Positions 27,267 through 38,557 of a DNA stretch of 64,000 nt are shown here, in pieces. The stretch spans positions 52,066 through 116,065 of the forward strand of contig CAVVAP010000006.1 in assembly GCA_963746205.1 (NCBI GenBank), given 5' to 3'. Position 1 is the stretch's first letter. Each line of letters starts with the position of its first letter. This DNA comes from an uncultured Acidobacteriaceae bacterium. Lineage in GTDB: Bacteria; Acidobacteriota; Terriglobia; Terriglobales; Acidobacteriaceae. The notes under the pieces were generated by a model, which worked only from the letters and a program-made list of their open reading frames with translations, was not told the origin of the DNA and ran no database searches. The translations under genes and the position numbers were made by a program.

Positions 27267-30155
27267 ATGGCCATCACCCGGATTTCGGTGCGCGGTGCGC
27301 GCCAGCACAATTTGAAGAATATTGACGTCGAGATACCCCGCAACACTCTGACGGTCATTACCGGGCTCAGCGGCTCCGGAAAATCGTCGCTCGCTTTCGA
27401 CACGATTTATGCCGAAGGCCAGAGGCGCTACGTCGAGACTCTCTCCGCCTACGCGCGCCAGTTTCTCGATCAGATGGAACGCCCGGACGTGGATTCGATC
27501 GACGGTTTAAGCCCCTCGATTTCCATCGAGCAGAAGACCACCAATCGCAGCCCACGCTCCACCGTCGGCACCATCACCGAGATTTACGATTACCTGCGCC
27601 TGCTCTACTCTTCCATCGGAGTGCCGCATTGCCCGAATTGCGGCAAGCCCATCACCCGGCAATCAGCGGAGCAGATCGTCCAGCGCGTGCTCTCGCTCAC
27701 TCCCGACGATCGCGTGATGATCATGGCGCCCATCGTTCGCGGTCGCAAAGGGGAATTCAAGAAGGAGATGGAAAAACTGGTCCAGCACGGCTTCTCGCGG
27801 GCGCGAGTCGATGGCGAACTGGTCAATATGGAGGACGATCTTGCCCTCGACAAGCGCAAGAATCACACCATAGAGGTCGTCATCGATCGCCTGCTGGTGA
27901 AGCCGGGAATTGAAGCCCGCCTCGAACAATCCGTCGCCCTGGCGATGAAACTGGGCGGCGGTCTGGTTCTGGTGGTGGTGGTCAACGGCGACGAGACCCT
28001 GTATTCCTCCCGTCTGGCGTGCCCGGATTGCGGCATCAGCGTGCCCCAGATGGAGCCCCGTTCGTTTTCCTTCAACAGTTCTTACGGCGCTTGCCCGGAG
28101 TGCCACGGCCTGGGCAGCCGCTACGATCTCGATCCCGCCAAGGTGATCGTGGATTGGTCGAAGCCCATACTGGACGGCGGGTTAGGACCCGGTTCCTCCT
28201 CGCAGAATCTGGTTCGCAGCATCCAGTTGCTGGTGCAGGCTTACGGTTTCAACCTGGCCACGCCCTTCGAGAAATTTCCCGACAAGATCCAGAACCTGCT
28301 GCTCTACGGCGAACCGCAGCGCGGCGGAAAAACCGGCTTTCTGGGAATTCTGGGCTACCTGCGGCAGAATCTGGAGAATTCCACCTCCGACAATTATCGC
28401 GATTATCTTCTCGATTTCATGTCGGCGACGGAATGCCCGGTCTGCCACGGCCGGCGTCTACGCGCGGAAAGCCTGGGGGTAAAAGTGAACGGCATGTCCA
28501 TCGCCGATTTCACCAGCCTCCCGATCGCGCGCGCGCTGCAGGCCGCGCGCAGGATTACTCTGACGGGCCGGGAACTGACCATCGCTGGCCGCATCTCCCA
28601 CGAAATTATCGAACGCCTGGAATTTCTTGACAATGTCGGCCTCGGATATCTCTCGCTGGGGCGTTCGGCCGCGACGCTTTCCGGCGGAGAAGGCCAGCGC
28701 ATCCGCCTGGCCACGCAAATCGGCTCGAAGCTGCGCGGCGTGCTCTACGTGCTCGATGAGCCTTCCATTGGCCTGCACCACCGCGATAACGGACGACTGC
28801 TTGCGGCGCTGGAAAATCTGCGCGATCTCGGCAACACCGTTCTCGTGGTCGAGCACGACGAGGAAACCATACGCCGCGCCGACTATGTCATCGATCTTGG
28901 CCCCGGCGCGGGACGGCATGGCGGCGAGTTGGTGGCCAGCGGCACGCCCGCGGAAATCATGAACTCCGCCAGTTCGCTCACCGGCGCCTACATTTCGGGA
29001 CGGCGGCAGATCGCCATGCTTTCCGAGCGCCGCAGCCCCAATGGCAAAGCGCTGAACGTGCTGGGAGCGAAAGAGAACAATCTCAAGAACCTCGATGTCG
29101 CGTTTCCTCTGGGGGTCATGACGGTTGTGACCGGAGTATCCGGCTCCGGCAAGTCGACGCTGGTCAACGACATTCTCTATCGCGCCCTGGCGAAGCAACT
29201 CTACCGTTCGCGCGAGGAACCGGGCGCGCATAAAGCCATCACCGGAGCGGAACTGGTCGACAAAGTTATTCGCATCGACCAGTCGCCCATCGGACGCACG
29301 CCGCGCTCCAATCCCGCCACTTACACGGGCATCTTCTCCGCCATTCGCGATCTCTATGCCATGTTGCCGGAGGCGCGCGAGCGCGGTTACAAGCCCGGAC
29401 GCTTCTCCTTCAACGTCGCCGGCGGGCGCTGCGAGGCTTGCCAGGGGGAAGGCCAGCGCCGCATTGAGATGAACTTCCTGCCCGATGTGTACGTACAGTG
29501 CGAGGTCTGCGGCGGACGCCGCTACAACCGCGAAACGCTGGCCGTTTGTTACAACGGCAATTCCATCGCCGACCTGCTGGAAATGCCGGTCTCGGATGCG
29601 CTCCAGATCCTGGAAAATATTCCGCAAGTCAAACAAAAGCTGCAAACCCTGGTAGACGTGGGCCTGGGATACATTCATCTCGGTCAATCCGCCGTCACGT
29701 TATCGGGCGGCGAAGCCCAGCGCATTAAACTGGCCCGCGAACTGAGCAAGCGCCAGACCGGCAAGACGCTTTATCTGTTGGATGAGCCGACCACCGGCCT
29801 GCACTTCGACGACGTTCGAAAGTTGCTCGATGTCCTGCATCGGCTCACCGATTTAGGCAACACCGTCATCATTATCGAGCACAATCTGGACGTGATTCGC
29901 AATGCCGACTGGCTCCTTGATCTCGGCCCCGAGGGCGGAGAAGAGGGCGGACGCATCGTGGCCCAGGGTACTCCCGAGCAAGTCGCGCGCGTCAAGAAGT
30001 CCTATACCGGGCAGGCGCTGAGCGCGTATTTCAAAGGCTCTTCCCGCAACGGATCGTACCGGAGTGACTTGGCGAAAAAAGACTCGGTGAAAAATGAACC
30101 GGTGAAAAACGGTGCTGCCAACGGCGCAATCGCCTCGGCCGCGGAAATCGCTTGA
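27267..30155 (+). CDS. uvrA: Excinuclease ABC subunit A
   Basis: [55 protein letters not shown].. It has two ABC modules and zinc-finger CxxC pairs. The length is 962 aa. Confidence 0.97.
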   Translation: MAITRISVRGARQHNLKNIDVEIPRNTLTVITGLSGSGKSSLAFDTIYAEGQRRYVETLSAYARQFLDQMERPDVDSIDGLSPSISIEQKTTNRSPRSTVGTITEIYDYLRLLYSSIGVPHCPNCGKPITRQSAEQIVQRVLSLTPDDRVMIMAPIVRGRKGEFKKEMEKLVQHGFSRARVDGELVNMEDDLALDKRKNHTIEVVIDRLLVKPGIEARLEQSVALAMKLGGGLVLVVVVNGDETLYSSRLACPDCGISVPQMEPRSFSFNSSYGACPECHGLGSRYDLDPAKVIVDWSKPILDGGLGPGSSSQNLVRSIQLLVQAYGFNLATPFEKFPDKIQNLLLYGEPQRGGKTGFLGILGYLRQNLENSTSDNYRDYLLDFMSATECPVCHGRRLRAESLGVKVNGMSIADFTSLPIARALQAARRITLTGRELTIAGRISHEIIERLEFLDNVGLGYLSLGRSAATLSGGEGQRIRLATQIGSKLRGVLYVLDEPSIGLHHRDNGRLLAALENLRDLGNTVLVVEHDEETIRRADYVIDLGPGAGRHGGELVASGTPAEIMNSASSLTGAYISGRRQIAMLSERRSPNGKALNVLGAKENNLKNLDVAFPLGVMTVVTGVSGSGKSTLVNDILYRALAKQLYRSREEPGAHKAITGAELVDKVIRIDQSPIGRTPRSNPATYTGIFSAIRDLYAMLPEARERGYKPGRFSFNVAGGRCEACQGEGQRRIEMNFLPDVYVQCEVCGGRRYNRETLAVCYNGNSIADLLEMPVSDALQILENIPQVKQKLQTLVDVGLGYIHLGQSAVTLSGGEAQRIKLARELSKRQTGKTLYLLDEPTTGLHFDDVRKLLDVLHRLTDLGNTVIIIEHNLDVIRNADWLLDLGPEGGEEGGRIVAQGTPEQVARVKKSYTGQALSAYFKGSSRNGSYRSDLAKKDSVKNEPVKNGAANGAIASAAEIA

Positions 30156-31066
30156 ACCTTCCCGACAATCCCGAGAGTTTGCCGGACTGGGGGGAGGGGT
30201 CGTCTCCCGTTCAAGCCGAGCCCGCTTCCTTCGACCATGCTTCCTCCGATGCGAGCAACGCAACGGACTCCGCCTCCGTCGCAGACGATGGTCACTTCGC
30301 AAGCCCATCTCCCGCACTGCTTCTCGTTCCGCCTGCCGATCCGGCCTGGGACGGATGGGACATTCTCCGCCTGATACTGCTGACCCTGGTGGCACTTTTC
30401 GCCGGTGTCTTTGCCGCCATGCTCATCGCGCGCTGGAGCATTTATTCGCACGCGCCTTTCGCCAAAATTGCCGCCATTCCCCTCGTCGTGGTTGCGGGAC
30501 AGTCTCTGGCGTACTTACTGGTTCTCGCTTACATGTACATCCTCGTGACTCGCGAGCGCCGCCGGCCCGATTTCCTTGCCGCCATCCACTGGAATTGGCC
30601 GTCGAAAATTGGCCTCTACCTGCTGGTGGGATTCAGTCTCTCGGTCGGTCTTCAGCTGGTGGCTCACCTGCTTCCCATTCCGAAAGAGTTGCCCATCGAC
30701 AACTTTTTCCGTACACCGGCGGAGGCATGGGCGCTCGGCATTCTCAGCGTGACCCTCGCTCCCCTGATGGAGGAGCTTTTCTTCCGCGGCTTTCTCTACC
30801 CCGTGCTGGTCCGCCACCTCGGAGTGCCGGTTTCGATTTTTGTCACCGCCTTCAGTTTCGCCCTGCTGCACGGAGCGCAACTGATGTTCTCCTGGGGACC
30901 GGTCCTGGTGATCTTTATCGTCGGTTTGGTATTGACCGTGGTGCGCGCGCAAAAGAATTCGGTGGCCGCCAGCCTGATTATTCATGTTGCCTACAACGCC
31001 ACCATCACCCTGGCAATGTTTGCCGCTACCGATGGATTCCGCCATCTGGAAAAGTTAAACAGCTAG
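30152..31066 (+). CDS. CPBP-family intramembrane glutamic endopeptidase (CAAX protease-like)
   Basis: Motifs [15 protein letters not shown] and HVAYN occur in a multi-TM protein. The TTG start overlaps the uvrA stop, and the exact start is uncertain. Confidence 0.8.
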   Translation: MNLPDNPESLPDWGEGSSPVQAEPASFDHASSDASNATDSASVADDGHFASPSPALLLVPPADPAWDGWDILRLILLTLVALFAGVFAAMLIARWSIYSHAPFAKIAAIPLVVVAGQSLAYLLVLAYMYILVTRERRRPDFLAAIHWNWPSKIGLYLLVGFSLSVGLQLVAHLLPIPKELPIDNFFRTPAEAWALGILSVTLAPLMEELFFRGFLYPVLVRHLGVPVSIFVTAFSFALLHGAQLMFSWGPVLVIFIVGLVLTVVRAQKNSVAASLIIHVAYNATITLAMFAATDGFRHLEKLNS

Positions 31067-31137
31067 CACCCGCGGCTCATATCCTGGGATCTGCGCAGCC
31101 CGGTCTGAGAAGCGCTTTTCTGCTATCGTAGAAATTC

Positions 31138-31713
31138 ATGTCCGACGCCCGAAAAGAGCTTTTGCAGCTGCTGGCGCACAAGTCATTTCGGCTCGGCCAG
31201 TTCAAATTGTCCTCGGGCGGCACCAGCGACTATTACATCGATTGCCGCACCACGACTCTGGACGCCCGCGGAGCGCAACTTGCAGGCCAGGTATTCCTCG
31301 ATGAAATCCGCAAACAGGGCTGGCAGGCCGAGGCAATCGGAGGACTGACCATGGGCGCCGACCCCATCGTCGTAGCCGTCGCCGTCACCAGTGGCGCGAT
31401 CAACGGATTCCTCGTGCGCAAGGCGGAAAAGCAGCACGGCACAGGCCGTCGCATCGAGGGCTTTGCCGACAAAGGCGCGCGCGTCGTGATCGTGGACGAC
31501 GTCTGCACCACGGGTTTATCCACGGTGGAAGCCATCATGGCCGCCCGTGACTTTGGCTTCGAAGTGGTCGGCGCAATGTGCCTGGTGGAGCGCGAAGACG
31601 CGAAGGGCCGCCCCGCAGTCGAAAAAGCCGCCGCTCCGGCCAAATTTATCTCGATCTTTACCGCAACCGATGTGAGAACAGAGCACGTAAGACTTGGCGA
31701 TTCGCCGCTATGA
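31138..31713 (+). CDS. pyrE: Orotate phosphoribosyltransferase
   Basis: It contains ..FKLSSGGTSDYYIDCR.. and the PRPP-binding loop VVIVDDVCTTGLST. Confidence 0.9.
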   Translation: MSDARKELLQLLAHKSFRLGQFKLSSGGTSDYYIDCRTTTLDARGAQLAGQVFLDEIRKQGWQAEAIGGLTMGADPIVVAVAVTSGAINGFLVRKAEKQHGTGRRIEGFADKGARVVIVDDVCTTGLSTVEAIMAARDFGFEVVGAMCLVEREDAKGRPAVEKAAAPAKFISIFTATDVRTEHVRLGDSPL

Positions 31714-31754
31714 GCGCCTTGGGGTAAGTGCTAGCTCCTGAGAGAAAAGCCTTC

Positions 31755-32786
31755 ATGATCCAAACTTTAGAATGGACGCCGCGCGGCGTCGTCTTCATCG
31801 ACCAGACGAAGCTGCCGACCGAAGAAGTGTACGTGACCTGCACCACGCATCAGCAGGTCGCGGACGTAATCCGCAACATGGTTGTGCGTGGGGCTCCTGC
31901 CATTGGCGTCGCCGCGGCCATGGGCATCGCGCTCGGGACCAAAAATTCCACAGCCGAAAACGTCGCCGATCTCCAGCGCGACTTCGATGCGATCTGTGAG
32001 ACGATCCGCCACACACGACCGACGGCGGTAAATCTATTCTGGGCGATTCGCCGAATGTCGGATAAATTCGCCTCTCTCCGCTCCTGCCCCATCGCGCAAA
32101 TCCAGCAGTCGTTGATCGAAGAAGCGCAGCGCATGCACGCCGAAGACATCGCCGCCAACCAGGCCATGGGACGCTACGGAGCCACGCTCATGCCCGCCAC
32201 CGGAGGCGTCCTGACTCACTGCAATGCCGGCGCACTCGCCACCGCCGGTTACGGCACCGCGCTCGGCGTCATCCGAGCCGCCGTGGAAGCGGGAAAGAAA
32301 ATTCACGTTTACGCGGACGAGACTCGTCCCTTCCTGCAAGGCTCCCGGCTCACCGCCTGGGAGTTGATGAAAGATGGCATCCCCACCACCGTCATCTCCG
32401 ACAATATGGCGGGCGTCATGATGCAGCAAGGCAAAATTGCAGCCATCGTAGTGGGCGCCGACCGCATCGCCGCCAACGGAGATGTGGCCAACAAAGTCGG
32501 CACCTATACCGTAGCCGTGCTCGCCCAAGAAAATGGCATCCCTTTTTATGTGGCGGCGCCGACCTCGACCGTCGATCTCGAAACCCCGGACGGCGGCAAA
32601 ATCCCCATCGAGCAGCGCAATCCCCGCGAAGTTACGCATATCGCCGGGCGGCAGATGGTTCCCGATGGAGTCGGAATTGAGAACCCGGCCTTCGACGTGA
32701 CGCCCGCCAGGTACGTGGCCGCCATCATCACGGAAAAAGGCATAGCCCGCGCTCCCTACACGGAGTCGCTGAAAAATCTCATGTAG
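31755..32786 (+). CDS. mtnA: S-methyl-5-thioribose-1-phosphate isomerase
   Basis: ATG at 31755. [27 protein letters not shown]...[14 protein letters not shown]...[18 protein letters not shown] is the eIF-2B/MtnA family pattern. Confidence 0.88.
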   Translation: MIQTLEWTPRGVVFIDQTKLPTEEVYVTCTTHQQVADVIRNMVVRGAPAIGVAAAMGIALGTKNSTAENVADLQRDFDAICETIRHTRPTAVNLFWAIRRMSDKFASLRSCPIAQIQQSLIEEAQRMHAEDIAANQAMGRYGATLMPATGGVLTHCNAGALATAGYGTALGVIRAAVEAGKKIHVYADETRPFLQGSRLTAWELMKDGIPTTVISDNMAGVMMQQGKIAAIVVGADRIAANGDVANKVGTYTVAVLAQENGIPFYVAAPTSTVDLETPDGGKIPIEQRNPREVTHIAGRQMVPDGVGIENPAFDVTPARYVAAIITEKGIARAPYTESLKNLM

Positions 32787-32858
32787 CGGCTGGACGTATT
32801 CGTCCGCCCGCGCGCTGTCGAAACCAGCGCGCTTTCTTTAATGCCAGCCTGAACTCCA

Positions 32859-33536
32859 ATGTCCGCCATTACTCAGTCCCAACTCACCTTTCAAAGCGGC
32901 GGCAAACCCATTCGCCTGCATGCCTATTTGCCGGAAGCGCCCGGTCGGCTTCCGGCCGTGCTCGCCCTCCATGGCGCGGGCGGCAATGTCGCCGGCATGG
33001 AACGCTATGCGGCGGCCCTGGCGGAACAAGGCTTTGCCGTGTACCTGCTTCATTATTTCGACCGTACCGGCGATGACAGCACCGACATGGCAAACATACT
33101 GCGCAAGTTTCCGCTGTGGATGAAAACGCTGTGGGACGCCATTGGCTTCGTCGAGCAGCAACCCCACGTCGATGGCGCTCGCATCGCTCTCCTGGGATTT
33201 TCGCTGGGAGCCTACCTCTCGCTCGCCACCTCCGCCATCGATCCGCGAGTGCGGGCTGTCGTGGAATTTTTCGGCGGCATGCCGAAGGAAATGAATTTCT
33301 TCATGCGGCGCCTCTGCCCCGTATTAATTCTCCACGGCGAGGCCGACGCAACCGTGCCCGTCGAAGAGGCGTATCGCTTGCAGAAATTGCTGGAGAAGAA
33401 AGGGATTCCCTACGAGATTCAGATCTACCCCGGAGCCGGGCACGGCTTCAATGAGGAAAGCATTTGGCGCGATGCAAGTCAAAGGTCGCTGCAATTCCTG
33501 CGGAAATATCTCTCGGATTCAATCGCCCGCGAATAA
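32859..33536 (+). CDS. Dienelactone hydrolase-family alpha/beta hydrolase
   Basis: ..LPAVLALHGAGG.., the nucleophile elbow GFSLGA, and ILHGEADATVP...GAGHGF. Confidence 0.8.
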   Translation: MSAITQSQLTFQSGGKPIRLHAYLPEAPGRLPAVLALHGAGGNVAGMERYAAALAEQGFAVYLLHYFDRTGDDSTDMANILRKFPLWMKTLWDAIGFVEQQPHVDGARIALLGFSLGAYLSLATSAIDPRVRAVVEFFGGMPKEMNFFMRRLCPVLILHGEADATVPVEEAYRLQKLLEKKGIPYEIQIYPGAGHGFNEESIWRDASQRSLQFLRKYLSDSIARE

Positions 33537-33550
33537 CACATCCCGCCGCT

Positions 33551-33775
33551 TCAAACCCGCGACAGCCGGAATGGCGCGCTGAGCAGGCGCGCGGGAAGCA
33601 TCACCACGGCCAACAACAGAGCCAACGCGCCGTGGACCGCAATGCCAACAATGCGGAAAGGCAACAACAGCAGCCATACAAAGGGATAAAGAATCAGCGC
33701 GAGCAGCGCCAGCGGCCAGCACAGCACGAAGAGAAAGCACCACAACACAAAGGCAATCATGAAGCGGACCTCCAT
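33551..33775 (-). CDS. Hypothetical small integral membrane protein (74 aa)
   Basis: The sequence is almost entirely hydrophobic (MIAFVLWCFLFVLCWPLALLALILYPFVWLLLLPF..). It occupies an otherwise empty gap. Confidence 0.45.
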   Translation of the reverse strand: MEVRFMIAFVLWCFLFVLCWPLALLALILYPFVWLLLLPFRIVGIAVHGALALLLAVVMLPARLLSAPFRLSRV

Positions 33776-33792
33776 TCAAGTAGAACAGGAGA

Positions 33793-34470
33793 TTACATTA
33801 CTTTCAGGTCTGGACTGACGCGCAATTTCGCTCCCGTGGCTGCCTGCACGTCATCCACGGTCAGCCCGGGAGCGACCTCCTCCAGCAGTAAGCCTTCCGG
33901 AGTTACTCGCATGTAGGCCATCTCCGTGACGATCGTGTCCACGACCTTAACTCCCGTCAAAGGCAGCGTGCACTTCTTGAGGATCTTAGGCTCACCCTCT
34001 TTGGTTGCATGCTCCATGGCGATGATTACGCGCCTCGCCCCCGCCACCAGGTCCATGGCGCCACCCATGCCCTTGACCATTTTCCCCGGAATCATCCAGT
34101 TCGCAAGATTGCCCTGTTCGTCGACTTCCATGGCGCCCAGGACGCTCAGGTCAACATGGCCGCCGCGAATCATGCCAAAAGAGTCGGCGCTCGAAAAGTA
34201 TGCTGTGCCCGCCAGTTCGCTGACCGTTTCTTTTCCGGCGTTGATCAAGTCGGCATCCTCCGAGCCTTCCAGCGGATAGGGCCCGATGCCCAGCATTCCG
34301 TTCTCGGATTGAAGAATCACGTCCATCCCGGGCGGAACATAATTGGCGATCAGCGTGGGCAAGCCGATGCCCAGGTTGACGTAAAATCCATCGCGCAATT
34401 CGCGGGCAACGCGCTTCACGATGCGCTGCCGCTTGTCATTGTCCTTTGGCGCTTTAGGCAAGGTTGACAT
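33793..34470 (-). CDS. scoB: 3-oxoacid CoA-transferase subunit B
   Basis: ..[25 protein letters not shown]...LQSENGMLG.. is the typical subunit B sequence with the catalytic-Glu SENG motif. Confidence 0.9.
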   Translation of the reverse strand: MSTLPKAPKDNDKRQRIVKRVARELRDGFYVNLGIGLPTLIANYVPPGMDVILQSENGMLGIGPYPLEGSEDADLINAGKETVSELAGTAYFSSADSFGMIRGGHVDLSVLGAMEVDEQGNLANWMIPGKMVKGMGGAMDLVAGARRVIIAMEHATKEGEPKILKKCTLPLTGVKVVDTIVTEMAYMRVTPEGLLLEEVAPGLTVDDVQAATGAKLRVSPDLKVM

Positions 34471-34476
34471 GGTTTT

Positions 34477-35196
34477 CTACGCGAGGAATTCAGCGGTCGT
34501 TTCCGCCCTCGAGACCGTTCTTTGCTCAATCCGTTTCTCAAACCGTTCGCCCTGCAAAATGCGTTTCACAAATACGCTCGGCGTGTGCACCATGTCGGGA
34601 TCGCAGCTCGCCGGGTTCCACCAGATCTTCGACTTCCGCGATTGTGATTCGCGCCGCCGTGGCCATCATCGGGTTAAAGTTGCGCGCCGTTTTGCGATAA
34701 ACCAGATTGCCGTGGCGATCGCCCTTCCACGCTTTGACGAAAGCGAAATCCGCTTTCAGCCAGTGTTCCATGATGTAGCTTTTGCCTTCGAACTCGCGCG
34801 CTTCTTTACCTTCGGCGACAATGGTGCCGAAACCCGCGGGTGTGTAGAACGCCGGTATGCCGGCCCCCCTGCACGAATCCGCTCAGCGAGTGTTCCTTGT
34901 GGCACCAGGTCGAGTTGCACCGTGCCTTCCAGCACCATCTTTTCCAGAAGCTTATTTTCCCCCACGTAGGTGCCGATGTGGCGCCTGATCTGCCCGTTCG
35001 CCAGCAGCAAGCCGACGCCGAAGCCGTCGACCCCTGCATTGTTGCTGATCGTCGTGAGGTTTTTTACGCCCTTCGCCGCCAGTGCGCGGATCAGGTTCTC
35101 CGGCATCCCGCACAAGCCGAAGCCGCCCACCATGATGGTGGCGCCATCCGTCACATCCCGGATGGCTTCTTCCGCGCTCGCCACAACCTTGTGCAT
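34477..35196 (-). pseudogene. scoA: 3-oxoacid CoA-transferase subunit A with two compensating frameshifts
   Basis: The N-terminus ([30 protein letters not shown]..) and the last roughly 40 codons are in one frame. The middle about 88 codons ([11 protein letters not shown]...[23 protein letters not shown]) are in another. The breaks are at the C6 run 34864-34869 and at about 34598-34610. Confidence 0.85.
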
Positions 35197-35249
35197 GACA
35201 GGGAAAATTCTATAGCAACTCCGCCGCGGCGGCACGGCGGCGGGCAATT

Positions 35250-36140
35250 TCACTTTTTGCTTTTCTGCGCGCCTACACGGCCCGGTGGAGAACTCTTCCG
35301 CAACTGATGCGCGCGCTCGAATTCATCGGCCAGTTGCTTCGAGTCGAGATTTTCGCGAATGTGCGCGAGGCGTTGTTCCAACTTCTGTAAAGCGCCTGCA
35401 AGATTATTTTTATTGGTGATGGCGATGTCACGCCACATCGAATACGGACTGCCTGAAATTCTGGTCATCTCGCGCAAAGCGCGGCCCCCGATATCGAGCA
35501 CGGGCGCATCGGGACCGAATTCATCGACCAGCGCGGCCGCCAGGGCGGTCGAGAGCATTTGCGGCAGATGGCTGATCCATGCGCAAACCCGATCGTGTTC
35601 GGAGGGTTCGACAACCGCGACTTTTGCGCCCAGCTTTTCCGCGCAGTGAATGAATTCTCCACACGCGCCGGCGTGCACGTTCTGCCGGGGAAGCGGCGTG
35701 AACAGCCAAACCGCGCCTTCGAAAAGATCGGCATCGGCAAACTCCACACCGGCGTTCTCTTTGCCCGCCATGGGATGGCCGGCAAGAAATCTTTGCCCCG
35801 CGCTGCGCCCAAACGATTGGGCGGCGCGCTCCACAACCTCCACTTTCGTGCTTCCAACGTCGGTCACCAGCGTCTTCGGCGGAAGCACCGGACCCAGACG
35901 GCCGATCAAATCGAGAATCGGGATTACCGCAGTGGCCAGGACCACCAGATCGCTGCCCCGCACCGCATCCGCGGGATTGGTGACACCGCCATCGATGGCC
36001 CCGCTCTCCTGCGCCCGCTCCAGCACAGCTGCGCGATCACAACCGACAATGCGCGAAACAAGACGACGCTTGCGAAGGGCCAGCCCGAGCGAGCCGCCGA
36101 TCAATCCCGTTCCAATTATGGTGACCTGCTTGAAAGGCAT
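35250..36140 (-). CDS. tyrA: Prephenate dehydrogenase
   Basis: The Rossmann motif is [17 protein letters not shown], followed by ..HPMAG.. of prephenate/arogenate dehydrogenases. Confidence 0.88.
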   Translation of the reverse strand: MPFKQVTIIGTGLIGGSLGLALRKRRLVSRIVGCDRAAVLERAQESGAIDGGVTNPADAVRGSDLVVLATAVIPILDLIGRLGPVLPPKTLVTDVGSTKVEVVERAAQSFGRSAGQRFLAGHPMAGKENAGVEFADADLFEGAVWLFTPLPRQNVHAGACGEFIHCAEKLGAKVAVVEPSEHDRVCAWISHLPQMLSTALAAALVDEFGPDAPVLDIGGRALREMTRISGSPYSMWRDIAITNKNNLAGALQKLEQRLAHIRENLDSKQLADEFERAHQLRKSSPPGRVGAQKSKK

Positions 36141-36222
36141 TTCTGATTGGAAATTTGTGATTTTTGATTTGATCTGATTGTTTTGTTAGCTTTTCAATTA
36201 CCAATCACCAATCACAAATTCC

Positions 36223-37242
36223 TCACGCGATCTCGCGTCCCACGGCCGGCGCCAGCATGCGCAACTGGTCCATCAGTTTGGCAAACTGTTCCGGGTAGAG
36301 CGACTGCGCGCCGTCGGAGAGCGCTTTATCCGGCTGATGATGAACTTCGATCAGCATGGCGTCAGCGCCGGCGGCCGCTGCCGCAAGGGCCATGGGCGCA
36401 ACTTTGTCGCGCCGCCCGGTACCGTGCGACGGATCGGCGGTAATGGGAAGGTGGGAAAGCGAATGGATGATCGGCATCGCGGAAATATCCATCGTATTGC
36501 GCGTGTACGTTTCAAAGGTGCGGATGCCGCGCTCGCACAAGATCACTTCATAGTTGCCGCCGGCGAGCAGGTATTCCGCCGAACACAGCAATTCCTCGAA
36601 GGTCGCGGCGATGCCCCGCTTGAGCAGTACCGGCTTCCGTACTTTGCCCAATTCGCGTAGCAGATTGAAGTTCTGCATGTTGCGCGCGCCCACCTGAAAG
36701 ATGTCGATATAAGGCAGCATGGGCACGATCTGCGAAATTTCCATGACCTCGCTGATCACCAGCAGCTTGAATTGGTCACCCGCTTCGCGCAGTAATTTCA
36801 GTCCCTCGATGCCGAGGCCCTGGAAGGAATAGGGAGAGGAACGCGGCTTATACGCGCCGCCGCGAAGCACGCGGGCGCCGGCTTTGGCGATCAGTCCGCT
36901 AACGGTAAAAAGCTGCTCGCGCGACTCCACCGAACAGGGCCCGGCCATCACCACAATTTTCTTGCCGCCAATCTCAATCCCATTGGCGAATTTAACGACC
37001 GTCCCTTCGGGACGAAAGCTGCGTCCCGCCAGCTTGTAGGGCGAAGTGATGCGATGAACTTCCTGCACTCCCGGCATCATTTCGACTTCGCGGGTGTCGA
37101 AGTCGGGCGGAACGCCGACGCCTCCGAGAACCGTCTGGCGCGCTCCCGTGGAGCGATGGATTTCAAAACCGAGTTGAACCAGCTGATCGATTACGCGTTG
37201 GATCTGCTCTTCACTGGCCGCATCCTGCATGGCTACGATCAT
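36223..37242 (-). CDS. aroF: 3-deoxy-7-phosphoheptulonate (DAHP) synthase, type I-beta with an N-terminal regulatory domain
   Basis: ..IVVMAGPCSVESREQL...GAYKPRSSPYSFQG.. The stop overlaps the upstream chorismate mutase gene region (ATGA at 37239-37242). Confidence 0.9.
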   Translation of the reverse strand: MIVAMQDAASEEQIQRVIDQLVQLGFEIHRSTGARQTVLGGVGVPPDFDTREVEMMPGVQEVHRITSPYKLAGRSFRPEGTVVKFANGIEIGGKKIVVMAGPCSVESREQLFTVSGLIAKAGARVLRGGAYKPRSSPYSFQGLGIEGLKLLREAGDQFKLLVISEVMEISQIVPMLPYIDIFQVGARNMQNFNLLRELGKVRKPVLLKRGIAATFEELLCSAEYLLAGGNYEVILCERGIRTFETYTRNTMDISAMPIIHSLSHLPITADPSHGTGRRDKVAPMALAAAAAGADAMLIEVHHQPDKALSDGAQSLYPEQFAKLMDQLRMLAPAVGREIA

Positions 37243-37550
37243 GGTCGCGCTCGTTTTCCGGAATCGTCGGCCAGTCCGCCATCGGGCACGATTTCGTGCT
37301 TTTGAATACTCCGCATCACGTCCATGATCCGTTCGTAGATGTGGGCCAGGTCGCGGGCCGCCAGTGGTCCCGTGCTGCTGCGTTGCACATTGGCGATTAC
37401 CGCGCGTTCCCGGTCAGGTTCGTAAATGGGCAGGCTGGTATTGCGCTTCAGCCGCCCGATTTCGACCACCGCGGCGGCGCGCTCGTTGAGCAGCGCCGCG
37501 AGTTTGCAGTCCAGGTCGTCGATCTTCTTGCGCCAGTCGGAAATGTCCAT
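37239..37550 (-). CDS. Chorismate mutase (AroQ class)
   Basis: MDISDWRKKIDDLDCKLAALLNERAAAVVEIGRLK...IYEPDRE is the AroQ helical-bundle pattern. Confidence 0.85.
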   Translation of the reverse strand: MDISDWRKKIDDLDCKLAALLNERAAAVVEIGRLKRNTSLPIYEPDRERAVIANVQRSSTGPLAARDLAHIYERIMDVMRSIQKHEIVPDGGLADDSGKRARP

Positions 37551-37603
37551 AGCAAGTCGGCAGTCGATAGTTAGCAGTCAGCCGGGTAATCGTTCCAAAC
37601 GTT

Positions 37604-38407
37604 CTAGCGAGGCAGGCCCGCAGGCACTGAGCTGAAGTCTAAAAGCTGCCTTACGAATTCTGCCACAGTCGCGGCTTCCCGTCCGGGATTTTGTTCCATG
37701 GCATGCACAATCGCGCTTCCCACCACCCCCGCGTCGGCGAATTTTCCCACCGCCCGGAATTGCTCGGGAGTCGAGATGCCAAAGCCAACCGCAATCGGAA
37801 GCTTGCTGTATTGGCGGATGCGCTTCACCAGAGCGCCCGCATCCCCCGTCAACTGGCCGCGCTCGCCGGTCACGCCGGTGCGGGATATGGCATAAATAAA
37901 TCCGCTGGAAGCGTTGGCAATCGATTTCAGACGCTGGTCCGGGCTAGTCGGGGCGGCGAGAAAAATTGTCGCCAGATCATTCTTACAAGACTCGCGCAAG
38001 TATTCGCCCGCTTCCTCGACCGGCAGGTCGGTGACCAGCGTTCCATCGATCCCGGCCAGCCGCGCCACCTGGCAAAATTTCGCCATCCCCATGCGCAGGA
38101 TGGGATTGAGGTAGGAAAAAATCACCAGGCCGACGGATTGCGAATGCTCGCGAATTTCTGACGCCAGCGTAAGCACATGCTGGAGCGAGGTTCCGTTCCT
38201 TAGCGCCCGCTCGCTGGCGCGCTGAATCACCGGCCCATCGGCGAGCGGGTCGCTGAATGGGACACCCAGTTCGATCACGCTCGCGCCCGCATCAATAGCG
38301 GCCAGGATGACCTGACGCGTGGTGGCGAGGTCGGGATCACCGCAGGTGACGTAAGCAATCAGCGCGGGCCTATTTTCGAAATGAAAAGGCATCGGAGACT
38401 GTTTCAT
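37604..38407 (-). CDS. trpA: Tryptophan synthase alpha chain
   Basis: ..ALIAYVTCGDPDL...IELGVPFSDPLADGPVIQ.. No trpB is adjacent in this window. Confidence 0.92.
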   Translation of the reverse strand: MKQSPMPFHFENRPALIAYVTCGDPDLATTRQVILAAIDAGASVIELGVPFSDPLADGPVIQRASERALRNGTSLQHVLTLASEIREHSQSVGLVIFSYLNPILRMGMAKFCQVARLAGIDGTLVTDLPVEEAGEYLRESCKNDLATIFLAAPTSPDQRLKSIANASSGFIYAISRTGVTGERGQLTGDAGALVKRIRQYSKLPIAVGFGISTPEQFRAVGKFADAGVVGSAIVHAMEQNPGREAATVAEFVRQLLDFSSVPAGLPR

Positions 38408-38557
38408 CGAAACTGCTTCATCAAACGATAGCGCTCTAAACGGAGCTCTTGCAGGCTGCGTTCATCCTCAGCCATGATACCGAATGCGATCACACCCACA
38501 GCCAACCGGAAAATTCTAGAGATCAACACTTTGCCGCCGTAAGGCGGCGGTCAGCCC

